Positions 8,621 through 16,710 of a stretch of 48,630 nucleotides of DNA are shown piece by piece. A program made the position numbers and the translations under genes. This stretch comes from a virus (taxonomy: Duplodnaviria > Caudoviricetes): the IMG/VR virus record IMGVR_UViG_3300049139_000039, positions 1 to 48,630 of that record; one strand, given 5' to 3'. Position 1 is the first letter of the stretch. The number at the start of each line of letters is the position of its first letter. Under the pieces are notes generated by a model that was given only the letters and a program-made list of their open reading frames with translations, had not been told where the DNA came from and searched no databases.

Positions 8621-8772
8621 TGGCCGTCCTCCTCGCGCTCGGCGTCCCCGCACGGCCCGCACGCGCCGGTGTACAGCACGCGCTGCCTGCCGCACTTCGG
8701 GCACCGGGGAATGGTCGGGGCGGGCCGGTCGAGCGCGCGCTGGGCGTCGTGGCGGTCGGCCTGGGCGGTCAT
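8617..8772 (-). CDS. Small zinc-ribbon protein
   Basis: CPKC...CGPC; coupled overlaps. Confidence 0.65.
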   Translation of the reverse strand: MTAQADRHDAQRALDRPAPTIPRCPKCGRQRVLYTGACGPCGDAEREEDGQ

Positions 8773-9215
8773 GACGCACCGCCCTGGAACGGGTAGTACC
8801 AGACCCATTCGACGTACTCGCCCTCGACGAACGAGATGTCCACGGGGCCGGTCCGGGCGACAGCAGGCACGCAGTCGTCGCGGGACTCGTCGCCGTCGGG
8901 CCCGGTGTAGACCGCGTTGCCATCGCCCGCCTGGAACCAGGACGTGACCCAGCACTCCTGGCCCGGCTCGTACACGTGGCCGTTCTGGTCGTGGGTCGGG
9001 TCGTCGTCCGTCCGACCGCACTCCGAGTCCTCGTCGTGGGACTCGTCACACTCGAACCACGCTTCGCACTCGCACCCGACCCAATCCGGCCCGTGGGCGG
9101 TCTTCGGATAGGTGCGGCACACGCCGTCCTCAGGTGCGGAGCACGCGAACTTCACGTGCGGCTCGTCGTGGATCACCTCCACGGTCACGACGTGGTGCTT
9201 CCAGTCGGCGCTCAT
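8769..9215 (-). CDS. Hypothetical acidic Cys/His-rich protein
   Basis: ATG at 9215 with GAGGAGGG SD overlapping upstream stop. Confidence 0.7.
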   Translation of the reverse strand: MSADWKHHVVTVEVIHDEPHVKFACSAPEDGVCRTYPKTAHGPDWVGCECEAWFECDESHDEDSECGRTDDDPTHDQNGHVYEPGQECWVTSWFQAGDGNAVYTGPDGDESRDDCVPAVARTGPVDISFVEGEYVEWVWYYPFQGGAS

Positions 9216-9493
9216 CGCCCCTCCTCGACATAGGTGGTGTACGCCTGCCGCATGTCCGCGACCCCTCGGTGCCCGTGCGCGACGAGCCCGGCCATCTCGA
9301 TCACGGGTCGGACGGCGGTGAGCTCGGCCCGCATGGCGTCGCGCTGGATGGTCATGTCGAGCAGCAGTTGCCGGACCTCGGTGACCTCGTGCTCGGTGAT
9401 CGCGAGGTCGAGGAGCGCGTCGTTGGCGAGGGTCTGCGCGGCGGCTTCCCCTGCACGGGCGTTCATGACCTCGCGCTGGAACTCGCTGGGCAT
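9212..9493 (-). CDS. Hypothetical coiled-coil protein (true start may be 9596 across a frameshift)
   Basis: Protein-like helical sequence; stop overlaps next ATG. Confidence 0.6.
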   Translation of the reverse strand: MPSEFQREVMNARAGEAAAQTLANDALLDLAITEHEVTEVRQLLLDMTIQRDAMRAELTAVRPVIEMAGLVAHGHRGVADMRQAYTTYVEEGR

Positions 9494-9592
9494 GTTCCTC
9501 GTCGGTGTGGAGGCGGGCGCCGGCTCCTCGCTGGAGGACGCCGCCGAGCATGCCCATGCGGGGGGCGACGGTGGCCGGGGTGGCGGTGGGGG

Positions 9593-10384
9593 TCATCGGG
9601 CCACCTCGATCCCGAGGGCAGCCAGAACTGCGCGGATGCCGGTCCGCTCGGTGCCTGGGGCGTCGTCGTAGACGTGCGCCAGATGCGCCACGTCCACGTC
9701 GGCCGGGTCGATCACGACGAGCGGGCGGACGGAGATCGGCGCCGCAGTGGCAGCCTCGCCAGCGAGCCCAACCCACGTACCGTCGGTCTGGAGTGCCGCG
9801 CGGAACTCGTGGTCATCCACGCCCGCACCAGGGTCGCCGCCCTGGATGACGACCGCCACCGTCCCCGGCTTCCACTCGGGCTTGGGCGCGGGCTGGTGGG
9901 CGGTGAGGATGAAGAACCGGTAGCCGTCCTGGGGCGACGCCGTGATGTGGTGGATCGCGAACTCACCTAGGTGCTCGATGACGACGAAGCCGCGCTCGGT
10001 GACGTGCGAGACCTTGCCGCCGATCTTCGCGCCGTCGGACTCGGCCTCGATGTAGTCGCCGCCCTTGAGCGTGATCGCGACCTTCGACGGGTCGAGCGGG
10101 GCGGCCTTCACCCGAGCGAGCTGGTCCGGGTGGCGGTCCTTCGGGTCGAGCGGGGCGGGGGTGGCGACCGAGGCGTTGAGGAGCACGGCGTTCGCGGCGA
10201 TCACCTTGGCGGGGGCCCCGTACGTCTGGTCGGGGTTTAACCCAGCGGCGTGCGGGTACCGGTAGGCGACGTCGGGAGCGTGGGGTGCTGCGTCGGCGAT
10301 CTCGAACTGGGTGCCGTGGGGGCCCTTCGCGGCGTCGGTGTCGCGCCATGCCCAGATCTGCCCGGGTTTGATGTCGGTGCTCAT
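9593..10384 (-). CDS. Hypothetical protein (mosaic, internal APLDP repeat)
   Basis: ATGA overlaps; 16-bp direct repeat at 10089-10104 and 10143-10158. Confidence 0.7.
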   Translation of the reverse strand: MSTDIKPGQIWAWRDTDAAKGPHGTQFEIADAAPHAPDVAYRYPHAAGLNPDQTYGAPAKVIAANAVLLNASVATPAPLDPKDRHPDQLARVKAAPLDPSKVAITLKGGDYIEAESDGAKIGGKVSHVTERGFVVIEHLGEFAIHHITASPQDGYRFFILTAHQPAPKPEWKPGTVAVVIQGGDPGAGVDDHEFRAALQTDGTWVGLAGEAATAAPISVRPLVVIDPADVDVAHLAHVYDDAPGTERTGIRAVLAALGIEVAR

Positions 10385-10830
10385 GCTGTGGCTCCAAAGA
10401 GTTCGTTGGCGTAGTCGTTGGTCGCGTCGGTCCACGCCCCCGCTGCCTCGGCCATGGCGAGCGCGAGGTGCGGTGAGCGGGACGGGTCGGCGCTGAGTGC
10501 GAAGTCGAGTGCGGCGTCGTCCATGGCCTGCCGACGACGGGCGATGCGCGCCCCGTGCTTGGCGGCGGACCAGAACCGGTCGGCCTGGATGTCGAGCGCG
10601 GGCCGCAGGTCGGGATGGTCCGCGGACGGGCCGAGGATGATCGGGCGCGGGGTGAGCGGGGACAGCCACGTCAGGGTGATGGGGTGCGCGCGGTCCGGGT
10701 CCGGGAGGGCTGCGGGGTCAGCGGCTGCCGTGGCGAGGTGCGAGCGCGACGGGGCGCACCGGCAGTGCTCATCGATTCCGTGCCACGTGCCATAACTGCA
10801 GCGCCAGCCGCCGCCTTCGGGGTGCCTCAT
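10381..10830 (-). CDS. Hypothetical protein
   Basis: ATG at 10830 overlapping upstream stop. Confidence 0.6.
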   Translation of the reverse strand: MRHPEGGGWRCSYGTWHGIDEHCRCAPSRSHLATAAADPAALPDPDRAHPITLTWLSPLTPRPIILGPSADHPDLRPALDIQADRFWSAAKHGARIARRRQAMDDAALDFALSADPSRSPHLALAMAEAAGAWTDATNDYANELFGATA

Positions 10831-10949
10831 GCCGCACCACCCAGCAGCCGGTCCAGACCGGCCCAGCAGATGGCCGCACACGCGAGGACGACGACGGCGC
10901 CCAGGGCCATGACGAGGTGGTCGCTCGTGTGGGCGTGGTGGCGGGTCAC
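10827..10949 (-). CDS. Small membrane peptide (40 aa)
   Basis: GTG at 10949; LVMALGAVVVLACAAICWAGL hydrophobic stretch; 4-nt overlaps on both sides. Confidence 0.6.
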   Translation of the reverse strand: MTRHHAHTSDHLVMALGAVVVLACAAICWAGLDRLLGGAA

Positions 10950-11269
10950 GAGTCGGCCCCGAGGATCTCGGCGCGGAAGTCGGCGGCCTGGATGCGGAAG
11001 CGGGCGATCTGCCCCTGCCGCATCTGGTCGAGGATCTCGTCGACGCGGGTCTCGTCCGGGTTGAGGCTCAGCAGCATGTCCCGGTGCTCATCGGACCAGT
11101 ACTGCGGCGTCGCCCGTCGGGCCATCGCCTCGGCCAGCTCTTCGACGTCCAGCGCAGCATTCAGCACCGAGCGGGCGTGGTTGGGGACGAACTTGGGCTC
11201 CTCCGGCCCGAGCATCGCGTTGATCTGCTCGGTGGCCCGCTGGACGGCGGGCGTGATCGCGGCGCTCAT
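10946..11269 (-). CDS. Hypothetical protein
   Basis: Coupled overlaps. Confidence 0.65.
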   Translation of the reverse strand: MSAAITPAVQRATEQINAMLGPEEPKFVPNHARSVLNAALDVEELAEAMARRATPQYWSDEHRDMLLSLNPDETRVDEILDQMRQGQIARFRIQAADFRAEILGADS

Positions 11270-11586
11270 CGCGCACCACCCAGACACTCGGCCTTGGCCT
11301 TCCGGTACGCGGCAGCCATACCGTCGTCCTCCTCGACCAGCCGCACCACCTCGGCGTCGGCCTCGGCGTACGGCTCGCGACCGACAGCGTCACCACGGAC
11401 ACGGACCGCGTGGTGCAAGTTGTCCTGCGTGACGTCGCGACGGTCGGCCAGCATGATCGCGTCCTCGCAGTCGTGGGGTGTGCGGGTGACCGGCTCGCCC
11501 ACGAGAAGGGCACCGGACATGGTGCCGACCACGAGGGCCGCACCGACCGCCGACCACAGGCGCATGGGCGTGATGCGGCGGCTCAT
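11266..11586 (-). CDS. Hypothetical membrane-anchored or secreted protein
   Basis: N-terminal basic residues plus hydrophobic segment. Confidence 0.65.
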   Translation of the reverse strand: MSRRITPMRLWSAVGAALVVGTMSGALLVGEPVTRTPHDCEDAIMLADRRDVTQDNLHHAVRVRGDAVGREPYAEADAEVVRLVEEDDGMAAAYRKAKAECLGGAR

Positions 11587-11762
11587 CGGTCGCTCCCGTT
11601 GACCTCGATGTGACGGTCAGCACGGGTCACGATCGCCTCTGCGACGTCGTCCGCGCCGAGGGTGGCACCGGGCGTGCGCTGGGGCAGCGGGGGCAGGGCG
11701 TGGGGCTCGCCGGCGAGGACGCCCGTAGGGCCCTCGTCGATGTCTCCGGGGTGGCGGTTCAT
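11583..11762 (-). CDS. Small hypothetical protein
   Basis: GAGAGGA SD upstream of ATG 11762. Confidence 0.6.
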   Translation of the reverse strand: MNRHPGDIDEGPTGVLAGEPHALPPLPQRTPGATLGADDVAEAIVTRADRHIEVNGSDR

Positions 11763-11839
11763 GGGATAATTCCTCTCGGTGGCGCCGTCCCCGTGTGGGC
11801 TCACAACCTCTGGGGGCGGCGTTGCTGCGCCTGAAACCG

Positions 11840-12040
11840 TCAGGCGGCGGTGGGCTTCTGGGACGGGAGCGCGTCGAACCACTCCCGCAGGTCGCGGTAG
11901 TCCACGAGGCACTTGCGGCCACGCCAGCGGGCCAGCAGCTCCCCGTTGTCGATCGCGCGCTTCAGCTCGCGGTCCGACAGCCCGACCAAGGCGGCTGCCT
12001 CCGGTCGGGGCAGGGCGATGGGCTCAGCAGTGGTGGTCAC
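11840..12040 (-). CDS. xis: Excisionase-like HTH protein
   Basis: EAAALVGLSDRELKRAIDNGELLA...GRKCLV..DL.EW MerR/Xis-type pattern. Confidence 0.75.
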   Translation of the reverse strand: MTTTAEPIALPRPEAAALVGLSDRELKRAIDNGELLARWRGRKCLVDYRDLREWFDALPSQKPTAA

Positions 12041-12150
12041 GTCAGACTCCTCAGGTAGATCTCGGCCTCAAGGACGAGCTGGGCGGCGTCCAGTGCGGCG
12101 CGCCACTCGTCGATCAGCAGTGCGACGGCGTCGAAGGTTCGGGCGCTCAT
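12037..12150 (-). CDS. Small hypothetical protein
   Basis: ATGA/GTGA overlaps. Confidence 0.5.
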   Translation of the reverse strand: MSARTFDAVALLIDEWRAALDAAQLVLEAEIYLRSLT

Positions 12151-12632
12151 GAGGCCGCGTCCGGAAAATTGAGGCGCGCGAACTCGCCGAAGAGCTCTCG
12201 CGCGGCGGCGTCGTAGGCGCGAGCGGCGGCCTCTGCGGTGACGTGGTAGCCGAGATGCCGCCACATCCCATCCGCCTTGACCTTCGCTCGCCACTTTCGA
12301 GCCTGCTTGTTCCAGGTCACGCCCTTGAAGCCGCTCGTGTTATCCCTGGTCGGCCCCCGGTTCGCAGCGTTCTGGCTCCTGGTTGCCGCCCGGAGGTTCA
12401 CACGGCGGTTGTCCAGGCCGTTCCCGTTGATGTGGTCCACCAAGGACCAGCCGGTCAGGAACGCGTGGAGCCGGACCTTCGCCTGCGTTCCATTGGCGCG
12501 CCGGACCATTCGCACGACGTAGAACGTGCGGCGATCGCGATGCGCGTACCACTTGTGTTGCAGTACGGCCTCTGCGTCCTCGCTGTCGACGAGAGCGAAC
12601 ATGCCCTGACTGAGCGGTATCTCGCGGATCAC
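12147..12632 (-). CDS. HNH endonuclease with C-terminal AP2 domain
   Basis: VDHINGNGLDNRRVNLR..T..QN; SGFKGV.W...KWRA...HLG...EAAARAYD.AA.ELFGEFA. Confidence 0.9.
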   Translation of the reverse strand: MIREIPLSQGMFALVDSEDAEAVLQHKWYAHRDRRTFYVVRMVRRANGTQAKVRLHAFLTGWSLVDHINGNGLDNRRVNLRAATRSQNAANRGPTRDNTSGFKGVTWNKQARKWRAKVKADGMWRHLGYHVTAEAAARAYDAAARELFGEFARLNFPDAAS

Positions 12633-13084
12633 GCGGCACCTCGCGCGGGCATCACGCCGGCACGTGACCAGCGCGGCTCGGGCAGCCGGCCGTGCACCAT
12701 GACGTCTGGGAACGCGGGCACGGACACCTCGGCCAGCGCCTCGGCTTCGGTGCCGTCGTCCTCGATCCACTCCGCGCCACACTCGTCGCACGCCTGGAGC
12801 TCGGGAGATCCGGCGACGGCGTGATGGGCGTCGGTATGTCCACAGGGGGCAGCGGTCTCCAGCACGCGCAGCATCCGAGCGGCGACGTTTGGCCGGTAGA
12901 CGGAGTAGGACGGCGTCGCGCGGTCCCAGCGGACGACGAGCGTGTTCTCCTCGGTCCACTCGCTCGGCATCGTGGCCGGCCACTCGGCGATCGGGATGAC
13001 GGTGCCGACCATGTCGGGCAGCTCGGTTCCGAACTCGTCTGTCAGCACGGCCTGCACGCGGTCGCCGACCTTGGGGGCGCTCAT
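12629..13084 (-). CDS. Hypothetical protein
   Basis: Coupled overlaps; CGH...CDEC motif. Confidence 0.65.
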   Translation of the reverse strand: MSAPKVGDRVQAVLTDEFGTELPDMVGTVIPIAEWPATMPSEWTEENTLVVRWDRATPSYSVYRPNVAARMLRVLETAAPCGHTDAHHAVAGSPELQACDECGAEWIEDDGTEAEALAEVSVPAFPDVMVHGRLPEPRWSRAGVMPARGAA

Positions 13085-13197
13085 CGGTCGCCCTCCCTGA
13101 CCTCGACGCCGACGCCGTTCATGCGGTCGACCTGGCCGACGGGCTCGTCGTGACCCTCGGCAACGAGGATGCTGAGGATCTTGTTCTTGAGGGACAT
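13081..13197 (-). CDS. Small hypothetical protein
   Basis: CAGGAG SD; MSLKNKILSIL...; stop overlaps next ATG. Confidence 0.55.
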   Translation of the reverse strand: MSLKNKILSILVAEGHDEPVGQVDRMNGVGVEVREGDR

Positions 13198-13219
13198 GTA
13201 GGCTTCTCCTGTTCGTTCA

Positions 13220-13254
13220 GAGGCCCGGTTGCTCGTGGTGTGGAGCCGGGCCTT
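13220..13254 (-). terminator. Hairpin downstream of Cro (terminator or processing site)
   Basis: AGGCCCGG...CCGGGCCT inverted repeat. Confidence 0.4.
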
Positions 13255-13268
13255 TGGCATGTGTGAGG

Positions 13269-13556
13269 TCAGGCGGCCGTGCTGTTTCTGAGGGCGTTTT
13301 GCCCTCCGTCTGAGGATGGATCAGGCGCGAAGAGGAGCCTGACGTCGGCGCCGAGAACCTCCGCGATGCACTGGGCGAGCTCGGGAGTGCAGTTCCTGCG
13401 GCCGGCCACCAGGTGGCCGATGAAGCCGAAGGAGCAGTCGGCCTTGGCTGCGATGTCTCGGTAGCTGAGGCCCTCCTGCTTCGCCAGGGCCCTCAGCCCG
13501 TCCGCTGATCTGAGGTGCATGTCCCAAGGGTGCACAGGTACACGACCCGGTGTCAA
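13269..13556 (-). CDS. Cro-like XRE HTH regulator (start may be 13520)
   Basis: GLSYRDIAAKADCSFGFIGHLVAGRR..C...A..IAEVLG; divergent from repressor; heads early operon. Confidence 0.8.
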   Translation of the reverse strand: MTPGRVPVHPWDMHLRSADGLRALAKQEGLSYRDIAAKADCSFGFIGHLVAGRRNCTPELAQCIAEVLGADVRLLFAPDPSSDGGQNALRNSTAA

Positions 13557-13715
13557 CAGTCTGAGGGAATCTCACCCCCAATCAGGGGGAGTTCGGTACA
13601 CGCCGAGCGGGTTTTGCTTCCACAACCGGCGTAAGTAGGGCACCATGTGCCTGCGGGCCGGTACACGCTCGCGCATAGTGTCGCGTCGCCAGCCGAGTAC
13701 ACACGTCAGTACACG
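13537..13715. promoter_or_regulatory. Genetic-switch region with five GTACAC-core repeats (candidate operators)
   Basis: GGTACACG at 13537, 13595, 13660; AGTACACA at 13696; AGTACACG at 13708. Confidence 0.55.
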
Positions 13716-13736
13716 ATGCGGGGAAGGCAGACGGCT

Positions 13737-14144
13737 ATGGGAGAGTTCTGGGGGATAATCCAGGCTCATCTGGACAGGTACGGCGTGCGCGAGGCCGCCT
13801 TCGCCCGCAAGATCGGCACGGTCTCACAGACCACGAGCAACTGGAAGCACCGGGGATTGGCCCAGCTGCCGAAACGCGAGCTCCTCGAAGCCGTTGCTCG
13901 CGAGACCAGCACCCCTTACGAGGTGGTCTTGGGTGCGGTCCTGGTCGATATCGGCTACCTCACGTCCGAGCCGGGCGGTGACGCCCCGACGGCGCCGTCG
14001 GCACAGCCATCAGCCCCGGATCTCTCCGAGGTGCACGCCCCACGCCCGGAGGACAGTTCCGGGGTCGCGTCTCGGTCGGCCCACGCACCTTCCCGATCAC
14101 GTGTCGCAGGTGGAAAAGGCACCAGGCCGCCGCACAGGTCGTAA
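13737..14144 (+). CDS. Immunity repressor (XRE HTH)
   Basis: AAFARKIGTVSQTTSNWK HTH, ...AVLVDIGYL; plus-strand gene between Cro and integrase. Confidence 0.75.
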   Translation: MGEFWGIIQAHLDRYGVREAAFARKIGTVSQTTSNWKHRGLAQLPKRELLEAVARETSTPYEVVLGAVLVDIGYLTSEPGGDAPTAPSAQPSAPDLSEVHAPRPEDSSGVASRSAHAPSRSRVAGGKGTRPPHRS

Positions 14145-14424
14145 CTGGACAGTTGCCCCGCGACGCTGCGGGCAGGTCGTGCGATGTATCCCCCATACCG
14201 CGCAATACTGCGGTATGTGCCTGGGGCGATCTATGTATTTGCGCCCTGTTCACCCGGGTGATACCCCACCTTTCTGCGCGATACGGAACGATGCGTGCAA
14301 AGCGATGGAATAGATGCCGCAACCCGGGCAAATGCCGCGTCGGACATGTCGTGCGACGGGTCCCTTGTCCGGCCTTGACCGAGTTGGACGAGTGTCCATA
14401 TCACCGCTGTGGTGAGCGGGGCCC

Positions 14425-15690
14425 TCAGGACTCGATCTGCGGCATGACCAGCTCCCCCAGTTGGTTCATCGCCTGGACCATCTCCGCATCAGCGACGTGC
14501 GTGTAGCCCGCAGTCACTGTGGCGTCGGAGTGGCCCAGGATCGCCTGCCGTGTCTGATCTGGCACGCCGAGCGCGTGCAGCAGCGTGGCCGTGGTGTGGC
14601 GGGCGGTGTACGGCTCCACCTGCTCCAGCCCGGCGACATCCAGCCACCGGTGCCACGCCGCGCCGTCGTCGCTCGGGTCGATCGGTCGGCCATGCTCGTC
14701 GCCGCGGTGCAGGATCAGGCCGTGCATTCCCAGCGCGGCCTGCTCAAGGTGACGCTTCATCACCTCGAGCAGAGGCGGCGCCATCGGAACCTCACGCCAG
14801 CCCGCGCGAGACTTGGGACGCGTGAGCCACAGGCCGCCGTCGACCCGGGTGGCCTCCTGGTGGGGCGGGACGTCGACCCAGCGCTTCGGACAGGAGCCGG
14901 CGCGCACTAACCCGCACGCCCACGACTCCCCCTTCCTCGGTCGCCCGCCGGTGGGGAGGCACCCGTGCTCCCACCGGAGGCGCTGCAGCTGCCACGACAC
15001 GGTGATCATGCCGCGTTCCAGGTCGACCTGCTCGCGCGTGAGCCCAAGCCGCTCCCCGGGGCGCAGCCCGGCCAGGAGTGCGAGGGACCAGTGGACGGCC
15101 GCCACGGGGTCACCAGCGGCCGCCACGAGCAGCGTGCGGGCGTCGTCTGCCGTGAGGGACCCGCGCTTGCTGATGGCCTTCCTGGGCGCGTCCAGCTGCG
15201 TCGCGACGTTCTGGACCACGCGCCCCTCGCGAGCAGCGTCGGTGAGGCACTTCGCGAGCACGCGGTGGGCCCCGAGCGCGGTGGTCGGCGAGAGGCCCTT
15301 GGTGACCGTGATGTAGTCGTGCACGCGGCGCACGTGGTCGGCGGTCAGCCGCTCGAGCCGGATGCGGCCGATGGCCGGCACGACGTACCGCATCATCCTG
15401 CCCTCGTAGTCGACGTACGCCCCCGGCTTGAGGGTCTTCTTCTTCTCCTTGAGCCACAGGGCTACCCACTGCGCCATCGTCGGTGACGACGTCGGCAGGT
15501 TGCCAGCCTTGGCCAGGTCGCGCTTGGCCCTGCGCAGCTTCTCCTTGACGCCCTCCTCGGTCTTGGAGGACAGGTACTTGCGCTTGCCGTCAGGTAGCCC
15601 GAGCTCGGCCATCCATAGGCCGTCGCGGCTGCGCTGGTAGACGCTCCCCTCGCCGCGATCCCGGCGTGGGCGTGCCTTCTTCGTGGCCAT
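14425..15690 (-). CDS. int: Tyrosine integrase
   Basis: RGEGSVYQR arm-binding N-terminus; GLRPGE, KS, YTARHT, LGHS and YTH catalytic residues. Confidence 0.95.
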   Translation of the reverse strand: MATKKARPRRDRGEGSVYQRSRDGLWMAELGLPDGKRKYLSSKTEEGVKEKLRRAKRDLAKAGNLPTSSPTMAQWVALWLKEKKKTLKPGAYVDYEGRMMRYVVPAIGRIRLERLTADHVRRVHDYITVTKGLSPTTALGAHRVLAKCLTDAAREGRVVQNVATQLDAPRKAISKRGSLTADDARTLLVAAAGDPVAAVHWSLALLAGLRPGERLGLTREQVDLERGMITVSWQLQRLRWEHGCLPTGGRPRKGESWACGLVRAGSCPKRWVDVPPHQEATRVDGGLWLTRPKSRAGWREVPMAPPLLEVMKRHLEQAALGMHGLILHRGDEHGRPIDPSDDGAAWHRWLDVAGLEQVEPYTARHTTATLLHALGVPDQTRQAILGHSDATVTAGYTHVADAEMVQAMNQLGELVMPQIES

Positions 15691-15820
15691 CTGGTCCTCA
15701 CTTCTACTTCAGGGAACCGCTTCAGTCTAGCCCTGTCAGAACCAGTCATGACCGGGTGTAGGTGAATGGCGGAATTTAGCCATTCCGAGCCGCCCACCAT
15801 GGTCACCAGAGTACCAACCA

Positions 15821-15868
15821 AGAGACTCATAATCTCTTGGTCACAGGTTCAAGTCCTGTACGGGGCAC
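15821..15868 (+). other. attP common core: 3' half of a tRNA with CAT anticodon (Met or Ile2)
   Basis: AGAGA-CTCATAA-TCTCT anticodon arm, ACAGG-TTCAAGT-CCTGT T arm, ACGGGGC-A acceptor strand; no 5' half; flanking TTCAGTC repeats at 15721, 15888, 15900 (candidate arm sites). Confidence 0.85.
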
Positions 15869-15978
15869 TAGGATTTAGGAGTACCACTTCAGTCGCAGGT
15901 TCAGTCAAAGTGCATTTAGTTCGCCCAGTCAGCGCCAGTCCGGATGCAGACTGCTAGCCACATCCTCCGAGACCAGGA

Positions 15979-16311
15979 ATGATGACTGCCATGACCGAGC
16001 TCACCGTGCGCGAGGGTGACGGCGATGCCGCCCGCACCGGCTACTGGACCGTGACCGGGCCACAGGACGAGCACGAGGTGCACGCCGTCATCGAACGGTC
16101 CCGTGTCGTCGAGAGCGACCAGGACGTGTTCGCGTGGTACCTCTACCAGCGCGCGACGAACGTGTACCGGGTAAGTGGCATGCACCAGTCCGCCAGCGGG
16201 CGGGCCATGACCTACGAGCAGGCGCTGGCCGAGGTCGAGACGGCATGGCAGGAGCACGTCCGCGACCTCGAGGTGACGGCCGAGATCCCCTATCCCTGGC
16301 AGGCGAACTAG
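15979..16311 (+). CDS. Hypothetical attP-adjacent accessory protein
   Basis: Good GC3 codon pattern, CAGGA upstream; start could be 15979, 15982 or 15991. Confidence 0.7.
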   Translation: MMTAMTELTVREGDGDAARTGYWTVTGPQDEHEVHAVIERSRVVESDQDVFAWYLYQRATNVYRVSGMHQSASGRAMTYEQALAEVETAWQEHVRDLEVTAEIPYPWQAN

Positions 16312-16425
16312 CGCCACCCCCTTCCGCCATCGACGGAGATGTGCGTACGCTTCGGGTTGCGCCAGCGTATGCAGACCATCAGGCGAGCGGAGCCGGCGCA
16401 TGGGAACCCCGTGCACGAGGGTTCT

Positions 16426-16492
16426 GGGCCGGACCACGGGACTGATCACCCACGTGGCAGGTTCACCAGGTTCGACTCCTGACGGCCCACCA
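16426..16492 (+). ncRNA. tRNA-like small RNA lacking a D arm, ending in ACCA
   Basis: GGGCCG/CGGCCC acceptor-like stem, CAGG-TTCGACT-CCTG T arm, CCACG/CGTGG arm with CTGATCA loop. Confidence 0.6.
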
Positions 16493-16516
16493 AGCCGAGA
16501 TGTCCGGACGCACGAA

Positions 16517-16546
16517 AGCGCCCCCGCTCTCCGGAGCGGGGGCGCT
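16517..16546. terminator. 13-bp perfect hairpin between two convergent tRNA-like elements
   Basis: AGCGCCCCCGCTC-TCCG-GAGCGGGGGCGCT; TTTCGT tail on minus strand. Confidence 0.8.
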
Positions 16547-16548
16547 GT

Positions 16549-16623
16549 CGGTGGCCCAAGGGAATCGAACCCTCTGCGCCTGCGTGACACCGGAGTTGAA
16601 CCGGAACCCATAGCCAGGGGGCC
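16549..16623 (-). ncRNA. tRNA-like small RNA with two T-loop hairpins
   Basis: GGCCC/GGGCC-ACCG closing stem, GAGGG-TTCGATT-CCCTT T arm, internal CCGG-TTCAACT-CCGG hairpin on a CCTG/CAGG stem. Confidence 0.55.
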
Positions 16624-16649
16624 AACGGCGGGGCGCCTCCGCCGGGTCC

Positions 16650-16671
16650 AGTCTATCGCGAGGGTCTGACA
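16650..16671 (-). promoter_or_regulatory. PafBC / RecA-NDp-type promoter motif
   Basis: TGTCAG-N10-TAGACT fits TGTCRG-N10-TA-N3-T. Confidence 0.65.
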
Positions 16672-16673
16672 AA

Positions 16674-16710
16674 CGCGGCCCTCGCCACCACGAAGGAGAC
16701 GAGGGCCGCG
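16674..16710 (-). terminator. GC-rich hairpin terminator
   Basis: CGCGGCCCTCG/CGAGGGCCGCG 11-bp stem followed by TTTGT on minus strand. Confidence 0.7.

Noticed and set aside
38-13270. Many early proteins end in AA or EVAA, resembling ssrA-like degradation tags
   Set aside because: Explained by the next gene's SD and ATGA/GTGA overlap (GAGGTGGCGGCATGA) being encoded in the last codons
14153-14506. 117-aa plus-strand ORF after the repressor
   Set aside because: Poor codon pattern, no SD, overlaps the integrase 3' end
15781-15870. Possible complete phage tRNA-Met gene
   Set aside because: No 5' acceptor strand or D arm upstream of the anticodon arm; fits an attP core
13737-15870. Integration-dependent immunity (attP inside repressor)
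   Set aside because: attP lies upstream of the integrase, well outside the repressor gene
16420-16625. Possible tmRNA or two-piece tmRNA
   Set aside because: No G-U Ala identity pair in the acceptor-like stems and no tag reading frame or pseudoknot region seen
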